Source: Cyanophyceae cyanobacterium
GTDB taxonomy: Bacteria; Cyanobacteriota; Cyanobacteriia; Cyanobacteriales; JBHJGN01
DNA length: 49,488 nt
Reading direction: 5' to 3'
Assembly: GCA_050331735.1 (NCBI GenBank)
Contig: JBHJGN010000094.1
Coordinates: 1-49,488 of the forward strand
Made by a program: the position numbers and the translations under genes. This document shows, one piece after another, positions 18,211 through 28,100 of the stretch; position 1 is the first letter of the stretch; every line of letters begins with the position of its first letter. A model generated the notes under the pieces. It was not told where the DNA came from. It worked only from the letters and a program-made list of their open reading frames with translations, and did no database searches.

Positions 18211-18927
18211 TCACCAATTGACCCTAGCCGTTGTCTGCAATAGCCAAGGATGACCCCACCAAACGAGCAGAACAAAGACAGTTACTCCTAGATAGGCAGG
18301 ACGCCAAAATTCTTGCCATTTGAGCGTTTGACGACCATCAGCAATGGCGAGAAAAGGAATCACTGATGTGCGTTCTTTCACGGCGGCAAACGCCTCTCCG
18401 TAGCGTTGCTGCAGACGATGATCGCCATGCCAAACGGCAAACAGATGGTGACCGACTAAACCAAGAGACGTGACTAACGTAAACGTCGTCCCGATCCACA
18501 GGGTATGAGCAACACACCAAATGATCTGCCCAACCATTTGTGGATGACGAGTGACCCGAATAATACCGGTTTCAAAGAGATGCACCTGAGGCTTTTCGAC
18601 GGCGGCAATTTCGAGGAGGTTGAAGGTAGCTGGGTAAAGAAAAATGAAGGAAATCGCCGAAAGCAACCAGACAACTGCTTTAATGCCGGGAATAAGCTGG
18701 AGCTGCCACAGCATGAACCCATCATAGCGATGATTGAAAAAGTACACAATGAGGACAACGGCTAGAGGCAGACTAACCCCCGCAAACATTACTCGATAGG
18801 CTCTTGGGCCCATTTGGGCTTCTCCCCACGGTCGCAGAGCAGCCAGTCCGCTATGGGCGATCGCAAAGGTAATCAGTAGTCCGAGCATAATCCAGTGGCT
18901 CGCCGTGAGCCAGGTTGTTCCCCACAT
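18211..18927 (-). CDS. NnrU-family membrane protein (15-cis-zeta-carotene isomerase, Z-ISO-like)
   Basis: HSGLAALR, ETGIIRVTRHPQMVGQ, HGDHRL, RTSVIPF. Confidence 0.85.
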   Translation of the reverse strand: MWGTTWLTASHWIMLGLLITFAIAHSGLAALRPWGEAQMGPRAYRVMFAGVSLPLAVVLIVYFFNHRYDGFMLWQLQLIPGIKAVVWLLSAISFIFLYPATFNLLEIAAVEKPQVHLFETGIIRVTRHPQMVGQIIWCVAHTLWIGTTFTLVTSLGLVGHHLFAVWHGDHRLQQRYGEAFAAVKERTSVIPFLAIADGRQTLKWQEFWRPAYLGVTVFVLLVWWGHPWLLQTTARVNW

Positions 18928-19295
18928 ACAGCAATCTCAAACGCTTAATCAGATTAATTCCAATGGTAACAACGACACCCGGCAAATTTATTCAGAATCG
19001 AGCCCCCTTGTTGTGTTACTCTCAAAGAATCTCTATGGTTGTGTGGTAAGTCTTGTATTCATTACGATTAGCATAAATTTACTTCAAGGTGTCGTGTTAT
19101 GGCCGTACACTGTTGTAACTTTGTTGAGCCTGCTCAAAGCCGTCTAGGCAAGCGACCTCCGATGTGCCAGTTGGTTTCCGCTGACTGGCAGCGGAAAAGT
19201 TTGACACCGGAGCTTTGAGTTTCAATCAACGGGGGGCAAGACTTTTAACGACTTAACCCAATCTCGGCTGCTCATCAATTTCTCATCAGGAAGCT

Positions 19296-20294
19296 ATGTC
19301 TGATATTCCGTTTACCCTAGACCAACTTCGCATTCTCAAAGCGATCGCTGCTGAGGGGAGTTTTAAGCGAGCAGCCGACAGTCTCTACGTTTCTCAGCCA
19401 GCCGTTAGTTTGCAGGTCCAAAACCTCGAAAAACAACTCAACGTCCCTCTTTTCGATCGCGGCGGACGGAGAGCGCAGTTAACGGAAGCGGGGCATTTGC
19501 TGCTCAGTTACGGAGAAAAAATCATTGCCCTTTGTCAAGAAACCCGTCGCGCCATCGAAGATTTGCAGAATCTTCAGGGCGGAACGTTAATTGTGGGAGC
19601 TTCGCAGACAACCGGAACCTATTTGATTCCACGGATGATCGGGCTATTTCGACAAAAGTATCCTGACGTCGCCGTTCAATTGCAGGTTCATTCCACTCGA
19701 CGTACGTCTTGGGGCGTAGCCAATGGACAAGTCGATTTAGCCATCATCGGTGGTGAAGTCCCCGCAGAATTGCAAGATACTCTGGAAATTATTCCCTACG
19801 CTGAAGACGAACTGGCGCTCATTTTACCAGCGATGCATCCGCTGGCAAAAGTAGACACGATTCAAAAAGAAGATTTATATCGGCTGAATTTTATTGCCCT
19901 AGACTCTCAATCGACCATTCGCAAGGTGATCGATCAGGTGCTCACCCGCTGCAATATCAATACTAAGCGTCTCAAAATTGAGATGGAACTCAACTCCATC
20001 GAGGCCATCAAAAATGCCGTTCAGTCTGGATTGGGAGCGGCGTTTGTCTCTATTACAGCCATCGACAAAGAGCTTCAAATGGAAATTCTGCACCGCGCCC
20101 GCATTGAGGGAGTAGAAGTGAGACGGACTCTTTCATTGATTCTTAATCCGAATCGGTATCGCTCTAAAGCCTCCGAAGCATTTAGTCGCGAAATCCTACC
20201 GCTGTTTGCTACCGAGGGCAAGAAGCTAGAAATTGAAAAGGTTTACCAAAATCATAGCCGTCTTAAAACGGTAACAACGAAAGCCGCAGATTAG
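19296..20294 (+). CDS. rbcR: LysR-family regulator RbcR/Ycf30
   Basis: [14 protein letters not shown]...[17 protein letters not shown], highly conserved Ycf30-type sequence. Confidence 0.85.
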   Translation: MSDIPFTLDQLRILKAIAAEGSFKRAADSLYVSQPAVSLQVQNLEKQLNVPLFDRGGRRAQLTEAGHLLLSYGEKIIALCQETRRAIEDLQNLQGGTLIVGASQTTGTYLIPRMIGLFRQKYPDVAVQLQVHSTRRTSWGVANGQVDLAIIGGEVPAELQDTLEIIPYAEDELALILPAMHPLAKVDTIQKEDLYRLNFIALDSQSTIRKVIDQVLTRCNINTKRLKIEMELNSIEAIKNAVQSGLGAAFVSITAIDKELQMEILHRARIEGVEVRRTLSLILNPNRYRSKASEAFSREILPLFATEGKKLEIEKVYQNHSRLKTVTTKAAD

Positions 20295-20369
20295 CCGTTG
20301 CTGGTAGAGAAACTCGTTGCTTCAGCCGACGGGACAGGAATCTTGTGTTAGTTATGGTTTTAGTGCAAA

Positions 20370-20412
20370 TGTACTTAACGCTACATACATTTATAGCGTT
20401 ATTAATTACGCT
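20370..20412 (+). promoter_or_regulatory. Canonical NtcA-activated promoter
   Basis: TGTA-CTTAACGC-TACA (20370-20385), a 22-nt spacer after TAC, then TACGCT (TAN3T) at 20407-20412. Confidence 0.65.
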
Positions 20413-20507
20413 ATATATAGTATAATCCAAGGTGGCTGAGAAGACGATCACAGTCAATGCCAGTCCCTCGTGACGGAAGGAAACTGTCCCTATTTACTGT
20501 ACTGATC

Positions 20508-20717
20508 ATGAACGCGCAACAACAGAGACACAAAGCTGAATCTCGTTTACTCGTCCTTCTTCAGCAGTATGGTACTCCCCTCAGCCTCCAGGAGTTGGAA
20601 AAGCTTTGCCTGGAGGAATCCTTGCCCAGTAGAGCGACGAAGGAAGCGGCTTGGAAGCTCGTTGAGGAAGGAAAAATTCAGTTTACTCCGGCATGGGAAT
20701 TAGAAGTTCGCGCTTAG
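20508..20717 (+). CDS. Small winged-helix-like hypothetical protein
   Basis: LLQQYGTPLSLQEL...AAWKLVEEGKI pattern; likely start ATG 20508. Confidence 0.55.
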   Translation: MNAQQQRHKAESRLLVLLQQYGTPLSLQELEKLCLEESLPSRATKEAAWKLVEEGKIQFTPAWELEVRA

Positions 20718-20840
20718 AGGTCATTGAAGTCTCAGACAACACTGGACACAAATAGCAAGCGGAATAGTTTGGTTGCTATTAAAAACAATTGTGCTTTTTG
20801 ACCCTAATAGCTGCCAGCCTTAATCCTGCTATAAAAGCGG

Positions 20841-21245
20841 CTAAAGATTGACAGATATTGCCTGTACCGGACAGGTGGGAATACACTGTTCGCAAACAAC
20901 GCAGCGCGATCGCCAAAATTTGAGCTGAAAGGTATCCGGCTCCAGGGTGAGCGCCTCGGTGGGGCACACTCCCGTACAGAGGCCACAGTCAACGCAGCTT
21001 TGTTCGTCGATGAGAATTTCTCGACTGGCCAGAGAGACCGTAATATTCTGCGATCGCATCCACTCGATGGCCGCTTCGAGTTCGTCAATATCTCCAGACA
21101 GTTCGACAACTAACGTGCCGATTTGATTGGGGGCCACCTGAGCGCGGATAATGTTGGCGGCTACGTTGTAATCTTTCGCCAGCCGATAGGTGACTGGCAT
21201 GTGAACAGTCCGCTGGGGGAAGTTGAGGGTCACCCGTTTTTTCAT
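20841..21245 (-). CDS. NIL-domain 2[4Fe-4S] ferredoxin
   Basis: NII motif; CVDCGLCTGVCP and CVVCEQCIPTCP. Confidence 0.9.
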   Translation of the reverse strand: MKKRVTLNFPQRTVHMPVTYRLAKDYNVAANIIRAQVAPNQIGTLVVELSGDIDELEAAIEWMRSQNITVSLASREILIDEQSCVDCGLCTGVCPTEALTLEPDTFQLKFWRSRCVVCEQCIPTCPVQAISVNL

Positions 21246-21306
21246 GGTGCGTTCGGAGGCAAGAAACGACTAGATACAATAAAGATGACAGTTTACAGAG
21301 TTGGAC

Positions 21307-21864
21307 ATGAGCGAGAATATATCTGACCAAACAAGGAGTACGCGCCTGAGAAATATTTTAATTGCGATCGCCGCAGTTGCTCTGAGCGTCGCCGTCTTTT
21401 TAGGACTGCAAACCCAAGGAGCGACTCTCGAAGCTCAAGCAGAGCAGTCGGTTCCGCTAGAAGTTGCCCTCAGCAACGGTAAGCCGACTCTAACTGAATT
21501 CTACGCCAACTGGTGTACAAGCTGTCAGGCGATGGCAGAAGACTTAGCCGACCTCAAGCAGCAGTACGCCCAAGAGATAAATTTTGTCATGCTCAACGTA
21601 GACAACACCAAGTGGCTGCCAGAAGTGCTGCGCTACCAGGTTGACGGCATTCCGCACTTTGTTTTTTTTAACGCCGCCGGAGAAGCGATCGCCGAAACGA
21701 TTGGCGAACAGCCTCGTTCTGTGCTGCAAGCGGACTTAGCCGCCCTTGTCGCCGATTTACCGCTTCCCTATACCTATCGAGGACAGATGTCAGAACTTAA
21801 CTCTCCAGTAGAAGCAGCCGCTCAGGCCAGCAATCCCCGCAGTCACGGCGCTCAGGTCAAATGA
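21307..21864 (+). CDS. txlA: Membrane-anchored thioredoxin-like protein TxlA/HCF164
   Basis: N-terminal TM helix, EFYANWCTSC, VDGIPHF. Confidence 0.8.
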   Translation: MSENISDQTRSTRLRNILIAIAAVALSVAVFLGLQTQGATLEAQAEQSVPLEVALSNGKPTLTEFYANWCTSCQAMAEDLADLKQQYAQEINFVMLNVDNTKWLPEVLRYQVDGIPHFVFFNAAGEAIAETIGEQPRSVLQADLAALVADLPLPYTYRGQMSELNSPVEAAAQASNPRSHGAQVK

Positions 21865-23744
21865 AAATGAAGCGGTTTCTCAACGCTGCTATAGTCTTAC
21901 TAGTGGCTGCTAGCTGTGCTGTACCAACCATGAGTCGCGATCGCTCCCCGACTTCTCAGCCCGGAGGCATTAATCTGCCAGCCGTTGACCCTCAGCTCGA
22001 GAATGACTGGGCTCCTGAACTAGAAGCTGAGTTTCAGCAGCGTACCGCCGCCGTTATTGACCATTACGCTGACCAGGAGTACGGTAACGCCTACGGAGAA
22101 AACGAAAAGCGCTCCTACCCGAAGGCGATGTTCGATTTCTTAGCCGGAAATCGCCAGCGAGCGCTCAAGTTTCTGCAATCAGAAGATCCCGAGGCCCAAA
22201 AGCACGAGCATACCGCAGGCATCGATTACTACTATAGCTTTACGATTAAAGGACAGATCCGCAAATACTTTTTGCTGGGGGAGGAGCTCGATCCCGCCTA
22301 TCGAGAAAGGATGTTTCGCGGAGCCAAAGCCTGGACGCAAACCGATCCCCTCACGCGCCCTCATCCCGTTTACGGACATGGTGACGGCAGCGGTCAAGAC
22401 TGGGATATCAGCACACGCGGAGGCTGGGTGGATGGCCGCAACACCGATAACCTCAGAGCGATGCGAGAGGTAGCAGTGTATCTGATGGCCGAAGAAACCG
22501 GAAATGAATCAACGCGCCTCCTCTACAAGCAGAAACTGAATCGCTACGTGTGGGCGCTCTATCACATCGGCATGGGGGAGTGGGATTCCGTCGTCTATCA
22601 TGGCCATACGTTTGCGCCCTACCTCAATCTCTACGACTTTGCCCGAGATCCAGAGGTCAAGCAGATGGCCAAGGCTGCCCTCGACTGGCTCTCAGCGGCG
22701 GCGGCGGTCAAGTACTATCGCGGCGGCTGGGGTGGACCTTCTAAGCGGGATTACGGTGGTGGCAATGTAGTTTACGGCTCGGCGGCGGCTCGCACTTTTT
22801 CGCTGTACTTTGGGGATGTTCCTCTGCCCACTCCCAATCCCGAGCTAGATTCTCTCTACCTGATCACCAGTTCCTATCGACCACCTCAAGCTGTAGTTGC
22901 CCTCGCTCGCAAGCAAATTGAGAAGCCCGTTGAGATTTTTAGCACCAAGCCGGTTTACGAAAACTGGAAGCCAGGAGCCGATCGCCAGCCAGGTTACTGG
23001 GAAACTACCTTTATTAGTAATACCTATCAGATGGGCAGCGTTGTGGGAACGTTTCCCGATGGGGATCTGGCTCCCTTTAAACTGATGGCGTACAACTCCG
23101 AGCGCGGCGTGGACTATTTTGTGGCCAACACGGGTGGCGAGTGGGTGCGTCCCGGCAAAAATCAGGGCGACCAGATCGGACAATTCCGCAATCTGCTGGT
23201 CTGGCTGCGTCCTGCTGACCGCCCCTTCTTCTTTCAGCTTCCTCAAGCTGCGCTCTCAGAAGTAGAAGATGGAATTTGGTTTTTCCGGTTAGAAAAAACG
23301 TGGTTAGCCGTACGCCCTATTAACCTGGAGAATTTTACTCCAGTGACGATTCCCAAAGAGAAACTCACGAAACGGTATTCCCAAGAACAAACCTACAGGG
23401 CAAACACGACTGGCCACTATGCCGGTTTTGCTTTAGAAGTCGGTGAAGCCGAGAGCGGCAGCTATGACTCATTTAAACAGTCTGTCAAAGCAAACAGTGA
23501 GCTTAACCTAACTAAGCTCTCGGCAGGAGAAGTGCTGCTTCAGAGTACTGACGGGAACACCTTAAGATTTGTTTACGATCTTGAGCTACCGTTACTGGTT
23601 CGCAACGGAGAAAAAAGGAATTGGTTCAACTTTGCTTTGTACTCTGGCCCCAATCCCGAGCGATCACCAATTTCCCTAGGCTGGAAAGAAGGCCAGCTAG
23701 CCATTGAAACGCTCAACTCCAGCTTTCAAACAAGCTTTGAATAG
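21861..23744 (+). CDS. Uncharacterised lipoprotein, possibly heparinase II/III-like architecture
   Basis: Lipobox LVAASC; helical, aromatic-rich N-terminal half and beta-rich C-terminal half. Confidence 0.55.
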   Translation: MKMKRFLNAAIVLLVAASCAVPTMSRDRSPTSQPGGINLPAVDPQLENDWAPELEAEFQQRTAAVIDHYADQEYGNAYGENEKRSYPKAMFDFLAGNRQRALKFLQSEDPEAQKHEHTAGIDYYYSFTIKGQIRKYFLLGEELDPAYRERMFRGAKAWTQTDPLTRPHPVYGHGDGSGQDWDISTRGGWVDGRNTDNLRAMREVAVYLMAEETGNESTRLLYKQKLNRYVWALYHIGMGEWDSVVYHGHTFAPYLNLYDFARDPEVKQMAKAALDWLSAAAAVKYYRGGWGGPSKRDYGGGNVVYGSAAARTFSLYFGDVPLPTPNPELDSLYLITSSYRPPQAVVALARKQIEKPVEIFSTKPVYENWKPGADRQPGYWETTFISNTYQMGSVVGTFPDGDLAPFKLMAYNSERGVDYFVANTGGEWVRPGKNQGDQIGQFRNLLVWLRPADRPFFFQLPQAALSEVEDGIWFFRLEKTWLAVRPINLENFTPVTIPKEKLTKRYSQEQTYRANTTGHYAGFALEVGEAESGSYDSFKQSVKANSELNLTKLSAGEVLLQSTDGNTLRFVYDLELPLLVRNGEKRNWFNFALYSGPNPERSPISLGWKEGQLAIETLNSSFQTSFE

Positions 23745-23761
23745 CGATCGCCAAGAGTGCC

Positions 23762-23875
23762 TTAAACCGAACGGGTTCTATTCGGCAGCACCCAGCAGAG
23801 CAGTGGAGACAGAATAGCGCAGGAGACTGAAACAACAGCAATAACGGATAAAGCTTGGTATAAATCAGTTGACAT
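23762..23875 (-). CDS. Putative small membrane protein (37 aa), not in the ORF track
   Basis: MSTDLYQALSVIAVVSVSCAILSPLLCWVLPNRTRSV*; GGAGG 7 nt upstream of the ATG. Confidence 0.55.
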   Translation of the reverse strand: MSTDLYQALSVIAVVSVSCAILSPLLCWVLPNRTRSV

Positions 23876-24126
23876 TATTTAACCTCCGAAGTGGCGGATG
23901 TTTATAGGGTTTCAGGGGAATGCCACTACCCTAAATATAACATTTAAGAGCGTATTTTGTCGCATTTTATACTTTCTTTATAACATAAGTGTGATACTGC
24001 TCGTTGAGCTAGTCGTCAGTAGGCAACGTCTTTCTCGATTGCGACTCGCCACTAACCACGTTGCACTAGATGTCGGGCTATCTGTGGCTACTGAAACGGA
24101 GCCGCGTTTTCGCTTATCTCGCCGAC

Positions 24127-24885
24127 CTAAGCAGCTTGAAGCTGCAACAGGTTTTCTAATTGCTCAACTCCCTTTTTAAGATGTCTTGTTACCGTCATTG
24201 GGCTGACGCCAATTTGTTTGGCCGCTTCTCTACGCGGTAAATCTCGCAGGTAGACATATTCGATGGCGGCTTTTGTCTTCGTTTCCAACTGTTCAATCGC
24301 TTTTTGCAGCAGCAGGCGTTCTTCCTGGATTTGCGCAGTCTGACACAGCGGAGCCGCTAAAGTTTCTCCTAGAGTTAAGGTGTCAGAAGATTGACTGATC
24401 ACAGCATCTAAACTTACTGGCGTTCGATTCTGGAAAGCTAACTGGCATTCATTCCACTCCTGTATAGAGACCCCGAGGGCTTCAGCTAGCTCGCTATCGC
24501 TGGGAATACGACCAAGAGTAGCTTCTAGGCGTTGATGCAGCTTTCTCCCTTTGTTGTGAAGCTCTTGCCAACGACGGGGAATTTTCATGGTGCTTCCTTT
24601 ATCACGAAGATAATGCAAAATTTCTCCGCGAATGTAAGGAATGGCGAAAGAACTAAACGCATTTCCCTGTAGCGGGTCGAACCGTTCAATGGCTCGAATT
24701 AATCCTAAAGAGCCAATTTGCTCTAAATCTTCATAGGGTTCAGCACATTGCTGATTGATTTGATGAGCGACTTTTCGGGCTAAACCAATGTTTAACTCAA
24801 CAATTTTGTTGCGCAGTTTTAACGAGGGATTGCGAGAGTAGGCAAGCAACAGTTCAACACCACGAAGCCTAATGTCTTTAGTCAT
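24127..24885 (-). CDS. sigF: RNA polymerase sigma factor SigF
   Basis: EPYEDLEQIGSLGLIRAIERF, IRGEILHYLRDK, GVSPMTVTR; likely start ATG 24885. Confidence 0.9.
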   Translation of the reverse strand: MTKDIRLRGVELLLAYSRNPSLKLRNKIVELNIGLARKVAHQINQQCAEPYEDLEQIGSLGLIRAIERFDPLQGNAFSSFAIPYIRGEILHYLRDKGSTMKIPRRWQELHNKGRKLHQRLEATLGRIPSDSELAEALGVSIQEWNECQLAFQNRTPVSLDAVISQSSDTLTLGETLAAPLCQTAQIQEERLLLQKAIEQLETKTKAAIEYVYLRDLPRREAAKQIGVSPMTVTRHLKKGVEQLENLLQLQAA

Positions 24886-25275
24886 AATTGCAGTTTCAAC
24901 GACGCTAACCCGTGCGAGGCGCTCGCCATCGCTGAGTTTATTTACAGTTTTATTGTCTGCAACCTCAAAGGCTTGTAAAAGCGTTGTTCTACGGAAATGT
25001 CTTGCCCTACTTCCACCAGCTTCCGCACAACTACGCATCTAAATAGTGTCGGGAGAAAGATATCTCAGAGCCGTTCGCAAAATCAGCAAAGGTTACACTT
25101 GTAGAAGCTCAGGAGCTATTAACCACCAACAAAAAATCAGGAACCGTGGCAGCAAATGTCCTTCAATACTCTTTAGAAATAAGTCTTTAGGGTAGGTCGT
25201 TTGGCTGGCAATTTATCTAAGATTTAGACACAATAGAAATAGACTAAATAGTTAAATCTGCACGATAGATTCTGT

Positions 25276-26004
25276 ATGAGCAACACAAGTAACTTTCGTC
25301 AGGCGATGCGCGAAGTGAGAGGACAAGCACTGGTTGGTCCTAACGTCATCGCTAACGCCCTTCCTTACCTTGGTGGCGGGCTAATTCTAACGGCAGCGGG
25401 TGCCTATGGTGGTTTAGGAGTGATTAGCACCAACCCGCAGCTCTTTATGACCACTTTCTTTATTGCGATTATTGCTGAACTGGTGCTTTTCTTTGTCGCT
25501 CGCGGCATTGCCGAAAAAGGCAACAACAGCACCGCACTACCGCTCCTGGCTCTTTACAGTCTGCTCTCGGGATATACCCTGAGCGGAATCCTTTTTATTG
25601 CTCTCAACACTTCAGGAGTCGGCATTCCGGGAATTGGCTTTGCCGCCCTGGGCTGTGGTGTCACCTTTATCACCGCTCGCAGCATCGGCTCTAACCTTTC
25701 TGATGAAGACGGCATGGCGCTGGCGCAAACTGTCCGACTCGGCGTGATTGCGCTGCTCGTCGTTTTAGTCGGTCAACTGCTCTTTTCTCTGTTTGGAGTT
25801 TATACACCGAGCTGGCTAGAGATTGCCATTTCCGGCATCGGAGTTGTGCTGTTTGCCGGTGTTGCTGTTGTTGACTTTTACATTCTGCCGCGCACCTACA
25901 AAGACGAGCAGTATTTGCCGGCGGCTCTCTCGATGTATCTGACCTACATCAACCTGTTTATCTTCATTCTGCGACTACTGATTGCCATTAACAGTCGAGA
26001 TTAA
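25276..26004 (+). CDS. Bax inhibitor-1 family membrane protein
   Basis: 7 TM segments; ALSMYLTYINLFIFILRLL. Confidence 0.9.
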   Translation: MSNTSNFRQAMREVRGQALVGPNVIANALPYLGGGLILTAAGAYGGLGVISTNPQLFMTTFFIAIIAELVLFFVARGIAEKGNNSTALPLLALYSLLSGYTLSGILFIALNTSGVGIPGIGFAALGCGVTFITARSIGSNLSDEDGMALAQTVRLGVIALLVVLVGQLLFSLFGVYTPSWLEIAISGIGVVLFAGVAVVDFYILPRTYKDEQYLPAALSMYLTYINLFIFILRLLIAINSRD

Positions 26005-26070
26005 GCATCGCGGGAACCCAGGCAGATTACTCCCCGTGGTCTAGCACTTTTGGCATTAGGCAATGAACGA

Positions 26071-26101
26071 TTGAGAAGCTTGCAAGGGCTTCTCTTTTTT
26101 T
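26071..26101 (+). terminator. Intrinsic terminator
   Basis: GAGAAGCTT/GGGCTTCTC stem plus a T-run. Confidence 0.6.
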
Positions 26102-26260
26102 GTGTTGTTGTGCTCAAGTTACAACAAATATCGCGCAGAACCTTCTTTTAAAATAGAATTGAGAAGCTGATTTTTCTCATCAATATTTAATCTTAGTTTC
26201 AGATCCTAAACAGATTGAGACTCCACACTATAAATAACGACAAATAGAACAAAGAAAAAC

Positions 26261-26758
26261 GTGAACAAACGCCATTTCATCTTGTCTGGTGCAGCAGCAC
26301 TTGGATCTGTTTGGTTATCTAGCAACCTACCTGGAGCAAAAGCGATCGCCTCACCCACTAAAACTTTTGAAGTCACTAAAACAGAGGCAGAGTGGCGCAG
26401 AATTTTGACCCCTGCACAGTTTGCCGTTTTGCGGCGAGACCAAACAGAACCGCCGTACAGTAGTTCCCTCAACGAGGAGGACAGCGAAGGCATCTACAGT
26501 TGTGCTGGCTGTGACCAGGCTCTGTTTTCTTCCGCTACTAAATTTGAGAGTGGGACAGGCTGGCCCAGCTTTTATGCTCCGCTAGATAATGCGATTGGCA
26601 CCTCTGAAGATCGAACTCTATTTATGGTCAGGACAGAGGTCCACTGTCGTCGCTGCGGGGGTCATTTAGGCCACGTTTTTGATGACGGGCCGGCACCCAC
26701 CGGAAAACGCTACTGCATGAACGGCGTTGCTCTTAAATTTACGGCTCAAGCTGTCTGA
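26261..26758 (+). CDS. msrB: Peptide-methionine (R)-S-oxide reductase with Tat-like signal peptide
   Basis: NKRHFIL signal; SGTGWPSF, HLGHVFDDGP, RYCMN. Confidence 0.95.
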   Translation: MNKRHFILSGAAALGSVWLSSNLPGAKAIASPTKTFEVTKTEAEWRRILTPAQFAVLRRDQTEPPYSSSLNEEDSEGIYSCAGCDQALFSSATKFESGTGWPSFYAPLDNAIGTSEDRTLFMVRTEVHCRRCGGHLGHVFDDGPAPTGKRYCMNGVALKFTAQAV

Positions 26759-26944
26759 AATATCAGTTCAAGAAGCTTTTGGCCGTTAGCTCTGAGCTCT
26801 TAGCTAACTGATAGAACTTAGTGTATTCTTCAGTCAAAACAGCGTATCTGATCAAAGAAAATTAACCGGAGAAAGCTCTTGAGCAAACAGCCAACAGCTA
26901 AGAGCTAATCACTTTTACCAAACATTTAAAGGACTTTACAATCT

Positions 26945-27655
26945 ATGCCACTACATCGTGCTCTTACCAACTCTTTTGTGCGTCGCTTATCCATTGTTTC
27001 GCTGTCTGCTATGGCATTGACCTATGGCGCAGTGCGTTTGGTCAACGCGAGCGAATCGACCCCTTCCGCGGCGGCATTTCCCGACCCGGCGACCGATGTT
27101 TCAATGGTTGCTAATTCGGAAGAACAGACAGCGGTTTTTGCCGGCGGCTGTTTTTGGGGCATGGAAGGGGTGTTTGAGCATCTTCGAGGCGTTTCTGAGG
27201 TCGTGACGGGCTACTCGGGCGGTAGTTCAGAGTCTGCTCACTATGAGGCGGTGAGCGCTGGTGCAACCGACCATGCAGAGGGAATCAAAATAACCTACGA
27301 CCCGTCGCAAATCTCCTACGGTCAGCTTCTTAAGGTGTTCTTTGCGGTGGCACACGACCCAACCCAGTTGAATCGGCAGGGACCAGATGTCGGACCGCAG
27401 TATCGTTCGGCTATTTTCTTCACCAACGACGAGCAGAAGCAGGTTGCCGAATCCTACATTAGTCAACTAGATGAAGCGCAGCTCTTTGATGAGCCAATCG
27501 TGACTGAGTTAGCTCCTCTAGATGAATTTTATGCGGCGGAGGACTACCATCAAGACTTCATTGCCCGCAATCCCTACAATATGTATGTCGTAGTGCATGA
27601 CCTACCGCAGATTGAGCGACTCAAAGAAGAATTTCCCGAGCTGTATCAGGAGTAA
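26945..27655 (+). CDS. msrA: Peptide-methionine (S)-S-oxide reductase with signal peptide
   Basis: AGGCFWG, HDPTQLNRQGPDVG.QYRS, AEDYHQ. Confidence 0.95.
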   Translation: MPLHRALTNSFVRRLSIVSLSAMALTYGAVRLVNASESTPSAAAFPDPATDVSMVANSEEQTAVFAGGCFWGMEGVFEHLRGVSEVVTGYSGGSSESAHYEAVSAGATDHAEGIKITYDPSQISYGQLLKVFFAVAHDPTQLNRQGPDVGPQYRSAIFFTNDEQKQVAESYISQLDEAQLFDEPIVTELAPLDEFYAAEDYHQDFIARNPYNMYVVVHDLPQIERLKEEFPELYQE

Positions 27656-27804
27656 TACCATTGACCGAAAGTAGTGAGATAGTTCTCCTAACTAACAAAG
27701 AGTTGGCTCTTAAAAGGGAAAGGCTGGCTGTGTTTACCTTTCCCCCTTAACTTTTCCCCTTTTCCCCAACGGATCAAGTCTCTCATGACTTTTTCTAATT
27801 GGTA
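27656..27804. mobile_element. MITE copy 1 (TACCA...TGGTA ends, TAA target duplication)
   Basis: Near-identical inverted copy at 49116-49250; flanked by TAA at 27653-55 and 27805-07. Confidence 0.85.
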
Positions 27805-28100
27805 TAAAGTCGCAGTCTAATTCTTGACGTGACTCTTCACTGTGGTCATTGGTCTTTAATTCTAATAAAGAAGGTTTTCGTTTAATTATCTCACAGATTG
27901 AAAAAAGCAATCTGCCGTAGGCAGCGCTAGGCGATCGCCTGAACTGCTCATGAATGAAAAAGAGCGATCGCCTAAACTGCTTGTAGAGGAAAGAGAGCGA
28001 CCCTTGCATTAAGAAGCTCGTCCAAGACCGAATTAGGCTCATTTCCTGCCTCCCAGTCAAGCTAAAATCAATAAAGATCGCGTTACCAAAAGTGGGTTAG

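Noticed and set aside
20430..20507. Glutamine riboswitch in the NtcA-controlled leader (GACGGAAG)
   Set aside because: The other conserved elements and the P1 stem were not found.
24886..25038. N-terminal extension of SigF in the ORF track
   Set aside because: SigF-like sequence starts near ATG 24885; the extension is probably 5' UTR.
27734..28060. ORFs 27734-28060 and 49097-49333 sharing IPIRKSHERLDPLGKRGKV
   Set aside because: The shared peptide is simply the translated MITE; these are not real paralogous genes.
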